Shown in pieces: positions 38,056 through 47,663 of a stretch of 50,103 bases of DNA (positions are counted from its first letter, which is position 1; the number at the start of each line of letters is the position of its first letter). Both the position numbers and the translations under genes were made by a program. The notes under the pieces are model-generated. The model was not told where the DNA came from. It searched no databases and worked only from the letters and a program-made list of their open reading frames with translations. This DNA comes from Promethearchaeota archaeon (GTDB taxonomy: Archaea > Asgardarchaeota > Lokiarchaeia > Sigyniarchaeales > SOKP01): positions 1 through 50,103 of the forward strand of contig JAFGOA010000105.1 of assembly GCA_016926735.1 (NCBI GenBank). The letters run 5' to 3'.

Positions 38056-38121
38056 GCAGTTATGAATATAACATAATAAAGATGTTATAAAATTAAGAGT
38101 GTTATATGAGGTTTTATATAA

Positions 38122-38904
38122 ATGAGTATAGCAAATAAAAGTAAAAATATTAAAAGGAAAATAATTGAAATTAATGAGGATCTCTGCACTGGATGTGGAA
38201 ATTGTGTAGTTTCTTGTGCAGAGGGTGCACTGGAAATTATTGATGGAAAAGCTAAGGTAATAAATGATATTTTTTGCGATGGTCTTGGAGCCTGTATAGG
38301 AGAGTGCCCAGAAGGAGCTTTAGAAATAATTGAAAGAGAAGCTCCAGAATTTGATGAAAAAGCAGTAGAAGAGCATCTTGAAAACCAAAATATTATTGAA
38401 AAAAAAACAGATTTATTTGCAAATGAACCGGGAAATATTCCCTGTGGGTGTCCTGGATCTCAAACAATGAGTTTTAATAAATGTAATGATGATCAAGAGC
38501 AGATAACAGAAGGAAATATAAGCTCTCAATTAAGGAATTGGCCAATACAATTACACTTAATAAACCCTACAGCCCCATACTTTGAAAAAGCAGATGTTTT
38601 GATATCCGCAGATTGTGTTGCCTTTTCTTTAGGAGGATTTCACCCAGAATATCTTAAAGCAAAAGTGCTATCAATTGCTTGTCCAAAACTAGATCAAGCA
38701 CAAGAAAGCTATATCAATAAAATAACATCTTTAGTAGATGGTAGTAGTGTAAATACTCTAACTGTTATGACCATGGAAGTACCATGTTGTTCAGGATTAG
38801 TTCACCTTGTGAAAGAGGGTCTATCTCGAGCAAAAAGGAAGGTACCTATCAAATCAATTAAGGTTAGTTTGCAAGGTGAGATATTGCACGAAACTTGGCT
38901 TTAA
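38122..38904 (+). CDS. 2x[4Fe-4S] ferredoxin-domain protein with Cys-rich C-terminal domain
   Basis: CTGCGNCVVSC, CDGLGACIGECP, CGCPG, NWPIQL, ADC, CPKLD, MEVPCC. Confidence 0.88.
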   Translation: MSIANKSKNIKRKIIEINEDLCTGCGNCVVSCAEGALEIIDGKAKVINDIFCDGLGACIGECPEGALEIIEREAPEFDEKAVEEHLENQNIIEKKTDLFANEPGNIPCGCPGSQTMSFNKCNDDQEQITEGNISSQLRNWPIQLHLINPTAPYFEKADVLISADCVAFSLGGFHPEYLKAKVLSIACPKLDQAQESYINKITSLVDGSSVNTLTVMTMEVPCCSGLVHLVKEGLSRAKRKVPIKSIKVSLQGEILHETWL

Positions 38905-39051
38905 TGACCAAATAATTTTTTCAATAATATTAAAATATAAAAAATAATTATTTTATCAACTTATTTTTAAGAAATTACTAAAATCAAGCTTAAAACAAGA
39001 AAAATGATTAAATTTTAGATATAAATTTTATTATCATTTTTATATTATGGG

Positions 39052-39687
39052 TTATAATATTGAAATCGAGGATAATAACAAATCCAAAGAGAATTCGGTA
39101 AATACCTTCTCACTCATTGATATAAATTCTGTAAAAGATTCTCCGGATTGTGAAAGTTGTTGGAAAAATCCAGTTATTAAAAAAATAAGTGTATAGGTGG
39201 TTTTTTTAGGATCGATATTTGGGCGGATAGTTCCATCTTTTTGACCTATTTTAATTAATTCTGATAATTGGTTAAACATAAAAGTATCAAATTTACGGAA
39301 TTCTTTATAACTAATACTCTTTCCTCTATTCCTTTTTACATAACCAATATAAGTCATTAATTTGAAAATTTTTGGATTATTTTTATAAAAATCATAATAG
39401 GCTAAACATACATGATATATTTTATTAAATCCTGTATCACCCTTACTTAATGCTTTTTGACAATAATTATAAAGATTTTTAAATCCTTCTAAAGTAACAG
39501 CAAAATAGATATCTTCTTTACTTGGAAAATATTGATAGAGTGTTCTTTTTGTAAATTCAGACTCCTTAGCAATTTCATTCATGGTAACTTCATTATAATT
39601 TTTTTCTGAAAATAATTTTTCAGCTGCTAGAATCATCTCATTTTTTCTTACTTTTTTTTCTCGTTCTCTTCGTGTTAATTTTGACAT
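39052..39687 (-). CDS. TetR/AcrR family regulator
   Basis: AAEKLF...TMNEIAKESEFTKRTLYQYFPSKEDI. Confidence 0.93.
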   Translation of the reverse strand: MSKLTRREREKKVRKNEMILAAEKLFSEKNYNEVTMNEIAKESEFTKRTLYQYFPSKEDIYFAVTLEGFKNLYNYCQKALSKGDTGFNKIYHVCLAYYDFYKNNPKIFKLMTYIGYVKRNRGKSISYKEFRKFDTFMFNQLSELIKIGQKDGTIRPNIDPKKTTYTLIFLITGFFQQLSQSGESFTEFISMSEKVFTEFSLDLLLSSISIL

Positions 39688-39740
39688 TTTTCCTCATAAA
39701 ATATAATGATAGAAATGTTTATATACTTTGCGTTGCTTTT

Positions 39741-39757
39741 GTATACTATGGGTATAC
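39741..39757. promoter_or_regulatory. candidate TetR operator
   Basis: GTATAC-TATGG-GTATAC between divergent tetR and the flavoprotein gene. Confidence 0.5.
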
Positions 39758-39781
39758 TTAACACAAAAAGGTGAAAAAAAT

Positions 39782-40492
39782 ATGAAAATTGTTGGTATTA
39801 TCAGTAGTCCAAATAAATATGGGAACACAGCAACATTAGTAAGAACTGCTCTAAAAGCAGCTGAAGAAGAAGGATTGAAAACTGAAGAGATTTTCCTTGA
39901 TAAATATAATATAAAATATTGTAGAGGATGTCTTAGTTGTATGTCAACAGGAAAATGTATAATCTCTGATGATGATTTTAAGAAATTATATAATATTATA
40001 TTGAATGCAGATGGAGTAATTTTGGGGGCTCCAAATTATGGATATTCGATGAATGCAATTATGAGAACTTTTTTAGAAAGATTTGGTCTTTTTGAATTCA
40101 TGACCTCTAATTCCTTTGGAGGTAAATATGTTGCTGGGATTGCAACTTCAGGAGGGAAAAAAGGCGTTATTAAAGTTGCAAAATCGACAATAAACATAGC
40201 TAAATCAGCAATGTTTAAAAGAGGATTTGTTTCAGGATATTTGGGTGTAGCAACAAGAGGAGAACATATCAAAAATAATAAGAAATCTTTATATAAAGCA
40301 ATGAAACTGGGATTAAAGATTGCTTTAGATATCAAAGGAAAACAAAAATACAAATATCAAAATATTTCAGGAAGATTCATGAACAAAATACTGATAAAAC
40401 CTATGTTCAAAAAAGTTATATTAAAAAATAAAGAGAGAAATATGAAAGCAATTTATGAAAACTTGAAAGAAAGGGGTTTAATTGAAGCATAA
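39782..40492 (+). CDS. iron-sulfur flavoprotein / NADPH-dependent FMN reductase family
   Basis: MKIVGIISSP..GNT; CRGCLSC....C; RBS AAGGTG before 39782. Confidence 0.88.
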   Translation: MKIVGIISSPNKYGNTATLVRTALKAAEEEGLKTEEIFLDKYNIKYCRGCLSCMSTGKCIISDDDFKKLYNIILNADGVILGAPNYGYSMNAIMRTFLERFGLFEFMTSNSFGGKYVAGIATSGGKKGVIKVAKSTINIAKSAMFKRGFVSGYLGVATRGEHIKNNKKSLYKAMKLGLKIALDIKGKQKYKYQNISGRFMNKILIKPMFKKVILKNKERNMKAIYENLKERGLIEA

Positions 40493-40507
40493 GTTAGGAG
40501 TGAAACC

Positions 40508-41059
40508 ATGATAATAATAAATAATTCTTTTTATCTATCTCAAAAATCGTTAAAATACATGACAATCATTGGTTTTTTGATTTTTCTTGTTGTTACACCA
40601 ATTATGATGTATTTCTATGAAATATCAAATTATCCAGTTAATTTTTTTGAAAGTCAATTATCATTTGATGGAAACATAATAAAAGCTCATTATACTTTAA
40701 TGAATAGAAATGAAATAAATCTCTATAAACTCGCAAATATATTTGATTATTTTTTTTTGATTTCTATGGGCGTTATTCGTTTTTCTGTATGTATAAGAAT
40801 CAAAAGGAGATTCGATAATAACTCCATGTTGAAAAAGATTGGCAATCTTTTTATCATTTTGGGCATTTTAAGCACAATTTTCGATGGTTTAGAAAATATT
40901 TTTATTCTTTTAATGGCTAATGATCCAATAGCTTTTCCTAATTGGTATGCATTGATTCATTCTTGGTTTGCATTTTTAAAATATATATTAATGTTTGGAG
41001 TCATGGTTTGGATACCAATAGGATTGATATTTAGTTCAATATATTTTAAAAATAAATAA
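40508..41059 (+). CDS. 4-TM hypothetical membrane protein
   Basis: Four hydrophobic helices, D..EN motif, RBS GGAGTG. Confidence 0.75.
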   Translation: MIIINNSFYLSQKSLKYMTIIGFLIFLVVTPIMMYFYEISNYPVNFFESQLSFDGNIIKAHYTLMNRNEINLYKLANIFDYFFLISMGVIRFSVCIRIKRRFDNNSMLKKIGNLFIILGILSTIFDGLENIFILLMANDPIAFPNWYALIHSWFAFLKYILMFGVMVWIPIGLIFSSIYFKNK

Positions 41060-41064
41060 TTTTT

Positions 41065-41718
41065 TTAAATATCCAACATAATTTTTTTTTTAATTATTTT
41101 TCTCAACATAACAGATAAAGCAGATTTAGATTTACCAAGTTTATTAGCTAAATTTTCTAAAGAAATTTCACGTGGAATTTCAAAAAAACCTTCATTAATT
41201 GCAGTATTTAGGACTTTTAATTCATCAAAATTTAGTTTATTTTCTTCTTTCTCAAGAGTATAGGGAGAATTACCTATTTTTAATAAGATATACTCCATTT
41301 TTTTTTCTTCAAAAAGATTTAGTAAATTATTAATTCTATCTCTTGTAGAAATTAATCTCCAATATGCATAACCTTCTTTTACATTAATTGGAAAATCAAC
41401 AAGTACACCGCATTTGATTACTGCATATAATAGATATGGATCTTTTGTTTTTACATTAAATTTTATAAAATTTTCATTTTTCTCTATAAGATTAAATTCA
41501 TAAACAGAATCATGATTCTGAATAACTTTAATAATAGAATCTATATCATAATAGATAATATTAATTAGTGCATTGCCAATTGACCTTTCCAAATCATAAG
41601 GAAGAAAATTTATAATTTCCATCCTAATATCTTTAAATTTTTTGAAAATTTCAGAAATCCATATTTTATCTGGAAATTTTATTTTTATTCTTGCAAGAGC
41701 AGGTTTTTTTGTATCCAT
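41065..41718 (-). CDS. Bat/HTH-10 family archaeal transcription regulator
   Basis: C-terminal A...GFFEIPREISLENLA..LG.SKS..S..LR. Confidence 0.88.
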   Translation of the reverse strand: MDTKKPALARIKIKFPDKIWISEIFKKFKDIRMEIINFLPYDLERSIGNALINIIYYDIDSIIKVIQNHDSVYEFNLIEKNENFIKFNVKTKDPYLLYAVIKCGVLVDFPINVKEGYAYWRLISTRDRINNLLNLFEEKKMEYILLKIGNSPYTLEKEENKLNFDELKVLNTAINEGFFEIPREISLENLANKLGKSKSALSVMLRKIIKKKIMLDI

Positions 41719-41794
41719 CTTTTATGTCTAAATTAAAATGATTTTTAATATTTTATTTGTATTAATTATAAAAAAAAAGAGTTTTTGATAAAAT

Positions 41795-42388
41795 TTGTCT
41801 AATGATGATTATTTATTAGGAATTTGTGGAAGTCCACGATCACAAGGTACAGAATATGCAATAAAATATGCTATTAATTATTTAAAAGAGAAATATGATT
41901 ATACATCGGAGTTTTGGACTGTTAAAAATAAAGATATCAAGTTTTGTATTCATTGTGACTACTGTATAAAAGAAAAGAAAGGATGTATTCATAAAGATGA
42001 TATGCAAGAATTATATATAAAATTAGAGCACGCAAAGGTTATCCTTATTGGAACTCCAGTATTTCAAGGGACAATCTCAGGTCAAATAAAAGTTATCATG
42101 GATAGATGCCGTGCAATTGTGGCAAAGAATCCCAAAATTTTTAAAAATAAAATTGGAATAGCATTAGCCGTTGGGGGAGATAGAAATGGAGGACAAGAAA
42201 TTGCTATAAGAACAATCTTAGATTTCTATCAACAAAATCATATGATCTGCGTTTCTGGAGGTGCTTTTGGTGCTAATTTAGGAGCATGTTTATGGAGTAA
42301 TGATGAAGGTAAGAAAGGTATTGAGAGTGATAAAGAGGGATTAAGATCAATAAGGAAAGTACTTAAAAGAATGATAGAATTTGTATAG
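41795..42388 (+). CDS. iron-sulfur flavoprotein (Isf)
   Basis: GSPR, CIHCDYC.....CIHKDD, GGDRNGGQE. Confidence 0.9.
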   Translation: MSNDDYLLGICGSPRSQGTEYAIKYAINYLKEKYDYTSEFWTVKNKDIKFCIHCDYCIKEKKGCIHKDDMQELYIKLEHAKVILIGTPVFQGTISGQIKVIMDRCRAIVAKNPKIFKNKIGIALAVGGDRNGGQEIAIRTILDFYQQNHMICVSGGAFGANLGACLWSNDEGKKGIESDKEGLRSIRKVLKRMIEFV

Positions 42389-42425
42389 AATTAACCAAAA
42401 ATTTAAGATTATATTTTAAAAAAAA

Positions 42426-42722
42426 CTATTTATCTAAAAATAATTCTTTTGCTTTCTTCTCTCTTAATCCAGAGATACCCCAAAGTTCTTTAAAATAATA
42501 TTTTCCTTGATATATTACTACTGGAGTATTAACTACACAACTATCTTTATCACAGAATGTTTTTATAAAATTAACGTCTTGTACTAATTGATGGACAAAT
42601 TCCTCATCCTCAAGATCTTTTTCTATATATTTTACACTATTTTTGTTCATCCATTCTTTTAATTCATGACATCGGTTGCAACCCTTCTTAGTAATTACTA
42701 TCGGAACTTTCATTTCAGTCAT
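42426..42722 (-). CDS. glutaredoxin-like protein
   Basis: TKKGCNRC active site, TP cis-Pro, extra CDKDSC. Confidence 0.8.
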   Translation of the reverse strand: MTEMKVPIVITKKGCNRCHELKEWMNKNSVKYIEKDLEDEEFVHQLVQDVNFIKTFCDKDSCVVNTPVVIYQGKYYFKELWGISGLREKKAKELFLDK

Positions 42723-42906
42723 AATACATGTTTATTGTAAAAAGCTTAAAAATCTGTCTTTTTGTAATTATAAAATAAAAAAATATGTAAATATAAATTT
42801 AAATTGATATAAAAATGAATAAATAAATTATAAAGAATAGATATAATTAATTTATTAATCTTACAATTACAAAAAAGATATATTTCAAAAAAAAAGGATT
42901 TTACAT

Positions 42907-43233
42907 ATGGATAAAAAGGAGATTCCAGATTTTATTGAGCAATTCACCAAACATGTCGAAGGAAAGAATGATAAAAAAAATATTTTAGCATTTACATTAT
43001 CTACTTGCCAGTGGTGTAAAAAATGTAAGAGATATTTGGATGATAAAAACATTAAATATAGATACATAGATGTTGATCAAATAAGTTCTGAGAATAAAGG
43101 TAAAATATTGGAATTCTTAAAAGAAAATTATGATACTCGAATTTCATACCCTTTTATTGTCTGCGATGATAAATTTATCGTAGGATATGATCCAAATAAA
43201 TATGATGAAATGTTTGATGTAGGAGAAAAATAA
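42907..43233 (+). CDS. glutaredoxin/NrdH-like protein
   Basis: LSTCQWCKK, SYP, VGY. Confidence 0.88.
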   Translation: MDKKEIPDFIEQFTKHVEGKNDKKNILAFTLSTCQWCKKCKRYLDDKNIKYRYIDVDQISSENKGKILEFLKENYDTRISYPFIVCDDKFIVGYDPNKYDEMFDVGEK

Positions 43234-43234
43234 T

Positions 43235-43618
43235 ATGAGTTTTAATTTAGATACAAAAGAAGGTATGAAGGATTATTGCAAAAAGATTTGTGAAATAAAT
43301 GGTTGGATATTGCAAAAAGATAAAGAAACCCTAAATGATTTATTGGAGGGGCTTGTTGAGAATAAAAAACGTTATGGATATCAATCTTGTCCTTGTCGGT
43401 TTACAAGTGGGAATAGAAAATTAGATAGGGATTTAATATGTCCATGTGATTATGCCCCACCAGATATAAAAGAATTTGACACATGTTATTGTAATCTATA
43501 TTTAGATCGATATTTTTATAAGAAACACAAAGAAAAATTTATCCAAATAATCGAGAGAAGACCAGTTGAAAAAGAGTCTGCAATTTTGGAATTTCTTAAA
43601 GAAAAAAATAAAAAATAA
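43235..43618 (+). CDS. ferredoxin:thioredoxin(disulfide) reductase catalytic subunit
   Basis: CPCR, CPC, CYC motifs. Confidence 0.92.
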   Translation: MSFNLDTKEGMKDYCKKICEINGWILQKDKETLNDLLEGLVENKKRYGYQSCPCRFTSGNRKLDRDLICPCDYAPPDIKEFDTCYCNLYLDRYFYKKHKEKFIQIIERRPVEKESAILEFLKEKNKK

Positions 43619-43635
43619 AAAAAAAAGAATTTATC

Positions 43636-43794
43636 ATGGTAAATGAAGATATTAGCGATGAAGAATTGGAAGATTTGTTAGATAGAGATTTTAAAGAAAA
43701 TGAATCAAAAAGAGACAAATGTGGTAAACCCATTCCTTTAAATGAAGAGATAGGAATTCAAAGAACCAATATTAAAACAAAAAAAGGAAAATAA
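43636..43794 (+). CDS. 52-aa hypothetical protein (absent from the ORF track)
   Basis: MVNEDISDEELEDLLDRDFKENESKRDKCGKPIPLNEEIGIQRTNIKTKKGK; fills the gap exactly and its stop abuts the next gene's stop. Confidence 0.6.
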   Translation: MVNEDISDEELEDLLDRDFKENESKRDKCGKPIPLNEEIGIQRTNIKTKKGK

Positions 43795-44907
43795 TTAGAG
43801 CTGTTCATAAATTGCCATACATAATTTCTGAAGTTCTTGAAAATTATTTAGATTTGTAGTATTTCCAAGTAATATTAAAGCAAAATTTCTAAAATTCATA
43901 CAAATAGTAGTAGTTTTTTGTCCGCATATTATTGAAATTAACATTATTCTTTTAAATATTTCCTCACTCGATTTTTTAGAAGACGTTATAAAACTTATAG
44001 TTTCAGGTATTAAATTATTATAATTGAAAGAATCATCGATAATTTTCTTATAAAAGATCTTACCTAATAAATCCACCAAAAATAATTGTTGAATATTAGG
44101 AGGGGGTTTAATATTTTTAAATTTATCAATAATTTTTTGTGGCTTTTTTATATATACATTACCAGTTTTTTCATTAAAGTATGGTAAATCCAGAATTTCC
44201 TGGGTTCTTAAAATAAATTGACTTTTATATATTCGTGCTAAAATGATTCTATATCTAATATCAATAAGCAATATCTCATTTTCGACAGTGCTTAATGTTA
44301 ACCAATTGATTTCTTGATTTAATTTGTCTTTATATAATAATTTCGAAGAATTAACTAATAATGGAACTAAAAAACTCATTTTTTCTTTATTGACATATTC
44401 ATTAGCCTTAATATAAAAAATATTTCCTCCCTTAGAATCTATAAATAATAAAGCTTTAAGAAAGTCTCCTTTGTTAAATTCCTTATTTAATTGTTCTAAA
44501 GTATCTAATCCATAGTAATTTAGGATTTGGGTAATATTTTGGTCAAATTTTCTGAATGGAGTTATATTCCCGCTAAATTCCTTATTTAAAGTTCCTTTAA
44601 ACAAAAATATAAATTGATCCATTACTTCATGAACAACAGCATGAAGTAACTCGACAATTTCTTCATTTTTTGTAGTTATAACAAAGGTAAGTTTGTTAAA
44701 TAATTCTTCATATTTTTCAAAAAGGATTAATGTTTCCTTTAATCTTAATGATTTAATATCTTCACCCCTCTCTATAGTAGCAAAACTATTTAGAGCAGTA
44801 AGAAATCCACTAACTAAATCATCATTAAAATCTTTATTGTTTCCTTTTTGATGCCAGCCATAGATTGCTTGACCGGCTTCAGTTATAACTAATAAATCTT
44901 CAATCAT
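43795..44907 (-). CDS. longin-domain protein with two further longin/roadblock-like domains
   Basis: N-terminal LLVITEAGQAIY...DDLVSGFLTALNSFA...IKSL; repeats LLFIDSKGGNIFY and LFLVDLLGKIFY. Confidence 0.7.
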   Translation of the reverse strand: MIEDLLVITEAGQAIYGWHQKGNNKDFNDDLVSGFLTALNSFATIERGEDIKSLRLKETLILFEKYEELFNKLTFVITTKNEEIVELLHAVVHEVMDQFIFLFKGTLNKEFSGNITPFRKFDQNITQILNYYGLDTLEQLNKEFNKGDFLKALLFIDSKGGNIFYIKANEYVNKEKMSFLVPLLVNSSKLLYKDKLNQEINWLTLSTVENEILLIDIRYRIILARIYKSQFILRTQEILDLPYFNEKTGNVYIKKPQKIIDKFKNIKPPPNIQQLFLVDLLGKIFYKKIIDDSFNYNNLIPETISFITSSKKSSEEIFKRIMLISIICGQKTTTICMNFRNFALILLGNTTNLNNFQELQKLCMAIYEQL

Positions 44908-45063
44908 ATTTTTTCTGGTTGATATCTTATATATTAATTAATCAAATCGATTATAAAATCTTTGATTTTAATTTTAAAAAAAAATAATAATTATTCAATT
45001 ATATCTTGTTTATTATTGAAAAATTTAAATCAAATCTCTATTTCTTCTCAATTGGTGTAATTT

Positions 45064-46047
45064 TTGAAAAAAAGGATTAAAAACCGTTTTAATTATCCCA
45101 CAAAGGAAGTTGATCCAAATAATTTTATATCAGATCAAGAAGTTAGAGAATTAGTATCAAATTTAGAAAAGATTGATTTTATACAAAAAGATTTTGAACA
45201 TCTTTACAATTGTGTTCATTGCGGTGAATGCCCTACTGAAGAACAAAGAATTAAGTTAAAACAACAATTTTTGAAACAAGGTCATATTTTTAATGGATGG
45301 AAAGAAATGGTTAAAAATTTCATTGAATTTAGAACCCCATATCCTTCAAATCAAATGCGTATAGAAATCCCAGAAGGAATTTCTAAAACTTCAGAAACCC
45401 TTTTTTTTATGGGATGCTTTTCAACAATACGTATCCCTCGATATACAGAACATGCGCTCATTTATTTATTAGAAAAAGGAATTGATTTTACAATTTTGGA
45501 TAAAGAAATCTGTTGTGGATGGCCTTGGTATGTTTCGGGTTCATTAAAAGAACTTGAAATATGTATAAAAGAAAATATAGAAATATTTGATAGATATAAA
45601 AAAATAATTTGTCTATGTCCTGCTTGCTATCACTTATTCAGGACAATTTATAAGGAAAAATTCAAACATACCATTAATATTGAATATATTTCAGAATATC
45701 TAAAACCCACGAAAGAAAAAAAAAAAGGTTCTGTTGCAATTCAACATTTATGCCAATTGATATTTCGGGGAAAAGAAAAGGTAAATAATTATATTGAAAA
45801 AATTCTAAAGAAGAGTGGATATAATGTTATAGATATTCCTCATTGGTGTTGTGGACATGGATTAGGGCGAATGCATAGAATTGATATTATAGATAAAATT
45901 GGTGAAAAAAGGATAAAAGACTTTGATCATGAAAAAATAGATTATGTTACAACATATTGTGTCAGTTGTTGGTCATGGCTTTATAGATTTAGTAAAAAAT
46001 ATAGAATTAAACCAAAAATACGGGATATATTTGAATTATTATTATAA
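45064..46047 (+). CDS. CCG-domain Fe-S oxidoreductase (HdrD/GlpC-like)
   Basis: CVHCGEC, FFMGC, EICCG, CPAC, HLC, WCCG, CVSC. Confidence 0.85.
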   Translation: MKKRIKNRFNYPTKEVDPNNFISDQEVRELVSNLEKIDFIQKDFEHLYNCVHCGECPTEEQRIKLKQQFLKQGHIFNGWKEMVKNFIEFRTPYPSNQMRIEIPEGISKTSETLFFMGCFSTIRIPRYTEHALIYLLEKGIDFTILDKEICCGWPWYVSGSLKELEICIKENIEIFDRYKKIICLCPACYHLFRTIYKEKFKHTINIEYISEYLKPTKEKKKGSVAIQHLCQLIFRGKEKVNNYIEKILKKSGYNVIDIPHWCCGHGLGRMHRIDIIDKIGEKRIKDFDHEKIDYVTTYCVSCWSWLYRFSKKYRIKPKIRDIFELLL

Positions 46048-46175
46048 TTTTTATCAATATACATAAAAATCTTAATATCTTTAAAAAAAAATTTTTATTT
46101 TTTATTAGGAAAATAAATAATAACGGTTAGAATTTAGAATAAATCAAGAGATATTATATTGGAACTTGAATAACA

Positions 46176-46865
46176 TTGAAAATAGATATAAACGAGAAAA
46201 TAATAAAAAAAGAAATTGCAAATTTAAAAAATAAAAGAACTCTTTTTCTATTTACAGATTTCAATACAAATAAGAATCATGATATAAAAAGATCTATTGA
46301 ATCAGAGAAATTATTGAAGGTATTGAAGAATATTGAAGAATTATCTAATGGAAAACTAACTATTGAAGAATTTTCAATAGTAGAAAATACAGATAAGATT
46401 AAAAAATATGATATTAAAGCTATTCCAACTATTATTTTTCAAACAGAGGATAAATACAAAGAAATCATCAGATTTACTGCTAATTTAGAAGGAAATCAAC
46501 TGATACCCTTTCTTAAAACCATTCAATATTATTCTGGAATAAATCCATTTTATAAAGATCAGATAATCACCAACTTAAAAAATATTGAAGAATCTAACTT
46601 AACTTTATTTATAACTCAGAGTTGTCCGTATTGTCCACAAGTAATTCCAATTGTAAATTCATTTGCAATTATATCTAATGGAAAAATTAGAGTTGAAATA
46701 ATAGATATTGTTGTACATCCCTATATAGCTGAAAAATATAATATTTCTGGAGTTCCTCATTTAATAATTAATAATAAAAAACATCTTTATGGATCATTTT
46801 CACCACAAGATTTATTGGATAAATTAACAATGGGAAAAAGGGATTTTAGTGGTATGTATTCATAA
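46176..46865 (+). CDS. protein disulfide oxidoreductase (two Trx folds), N-terminal site SxxS
   Basis: SIES aligned to the CIEC of the paralog; CPYC in the second fold. Confidence 0.85.
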   Translation: MKIDINEKIIKKEIANLKNKRTLFLFTDFNTNKNHDIKRSIESEKLLKVLKNIEELSNGKLTIEEFSIVENTDKIKKYDIKAIPTIIFQTEDKYKEIIRFTANLEGNQLIPFLKTIQYYSGINPFYKDQIITNLKNIEESNLTLFITQSCPYCPQVIPIVNSFAIISNGKIRVEIIDIVVHPYIAEKYNISGVPHLIINNKKHLYGSFSPQDLLDKLTMGKRDFSGMYS

Positions 46866-46897
46866 TATAATAACAAATAAAAGGTGGTTATATAAAT

Positions 46898-47584
46898 TTG
46901 AGTTCTGAAGAACAATATAAAAAAATAATTCAACAAGAAATGAAAAAACTCAATAAAAAAGTTATTTTAAAGGTATTTACGTCTTTGAAGACAGAGAAAG
47001 ATGGAACTAAAGCAAGGAAGTGCATTGAATGTGAACAAACTATGCAATTATTGAGAATTTATGAAGAAAATTCTAATGGATTATTAAAAATTGATGAAAG
47101 CTCCATTTATGATGACCCTGATTATGCAAAAATGCATGATATACAAAGAGTCCCCACTATCTTATTTATTGATGAAAATGGAAAAGAAATTATTCGATAT
47201 TTAGCTAATCCGATGGGGCAGGAGGTAGGACCTTTCGTAAAAGCGATATTTGCTGTAGGTGGTGGACCAAATTATTATGAAAATATTATTAGTCAAAATC
47301 GTGAAAGAATTCCGCAATCCACAATTAAAGTAATGATAACAATGCAATGTCCATATTGTCCTTCTTTAGTTGAGGTGTCAAATTTATTTGCAATTGCATC
47401 AAAAGGAAAAATTAGAACTGTAATAGTCGACATTCAAGGAAATCCGGATATAGGACAATATTATAATGCAGCAGGAGTTCCATACACGATTATTAATGAA
47501 CGCCCAGCAATACAAGGAATGATTCCTGCTCATGAATTACTACGTGAATTGATGGGGTCTGATATTAATATTCAATATCGTTAG
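46898..47584 (+). CDS. protein disulfide oxidoreductase (PDO/AhpF-NTD-like)
   Basis: CIEC and CPYC; VP motifs. Confidence 0.9.
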   Translation: MSSEEQYKKIIQQEMKKLNKKVILKVFTSLKTEKDGTKARKCIECEQTMQLLRIYEENSNGLLKIDESSIYDDPDYAKMHDIQRVPTILFIDENGKEIIRYLANPMGQEVGPFVKAIFAVGGGPNYYENIISQNRERIPQSTIKVMITMQCPYCPSLVEVSNLFAIASKGKIRTVIVDIQGNPDIGQYYNAAGVPYTIINERPAIQGMIPAHELLRELMGSDINIQYR

Positions 47585-47663
47585 ATTTTTTTTTTTCTAT
47601 TTTTACATTTCAATATTATTCGAACCTAATGCAAAAGATAAAAGATCATAGAAGAAGAATAAT

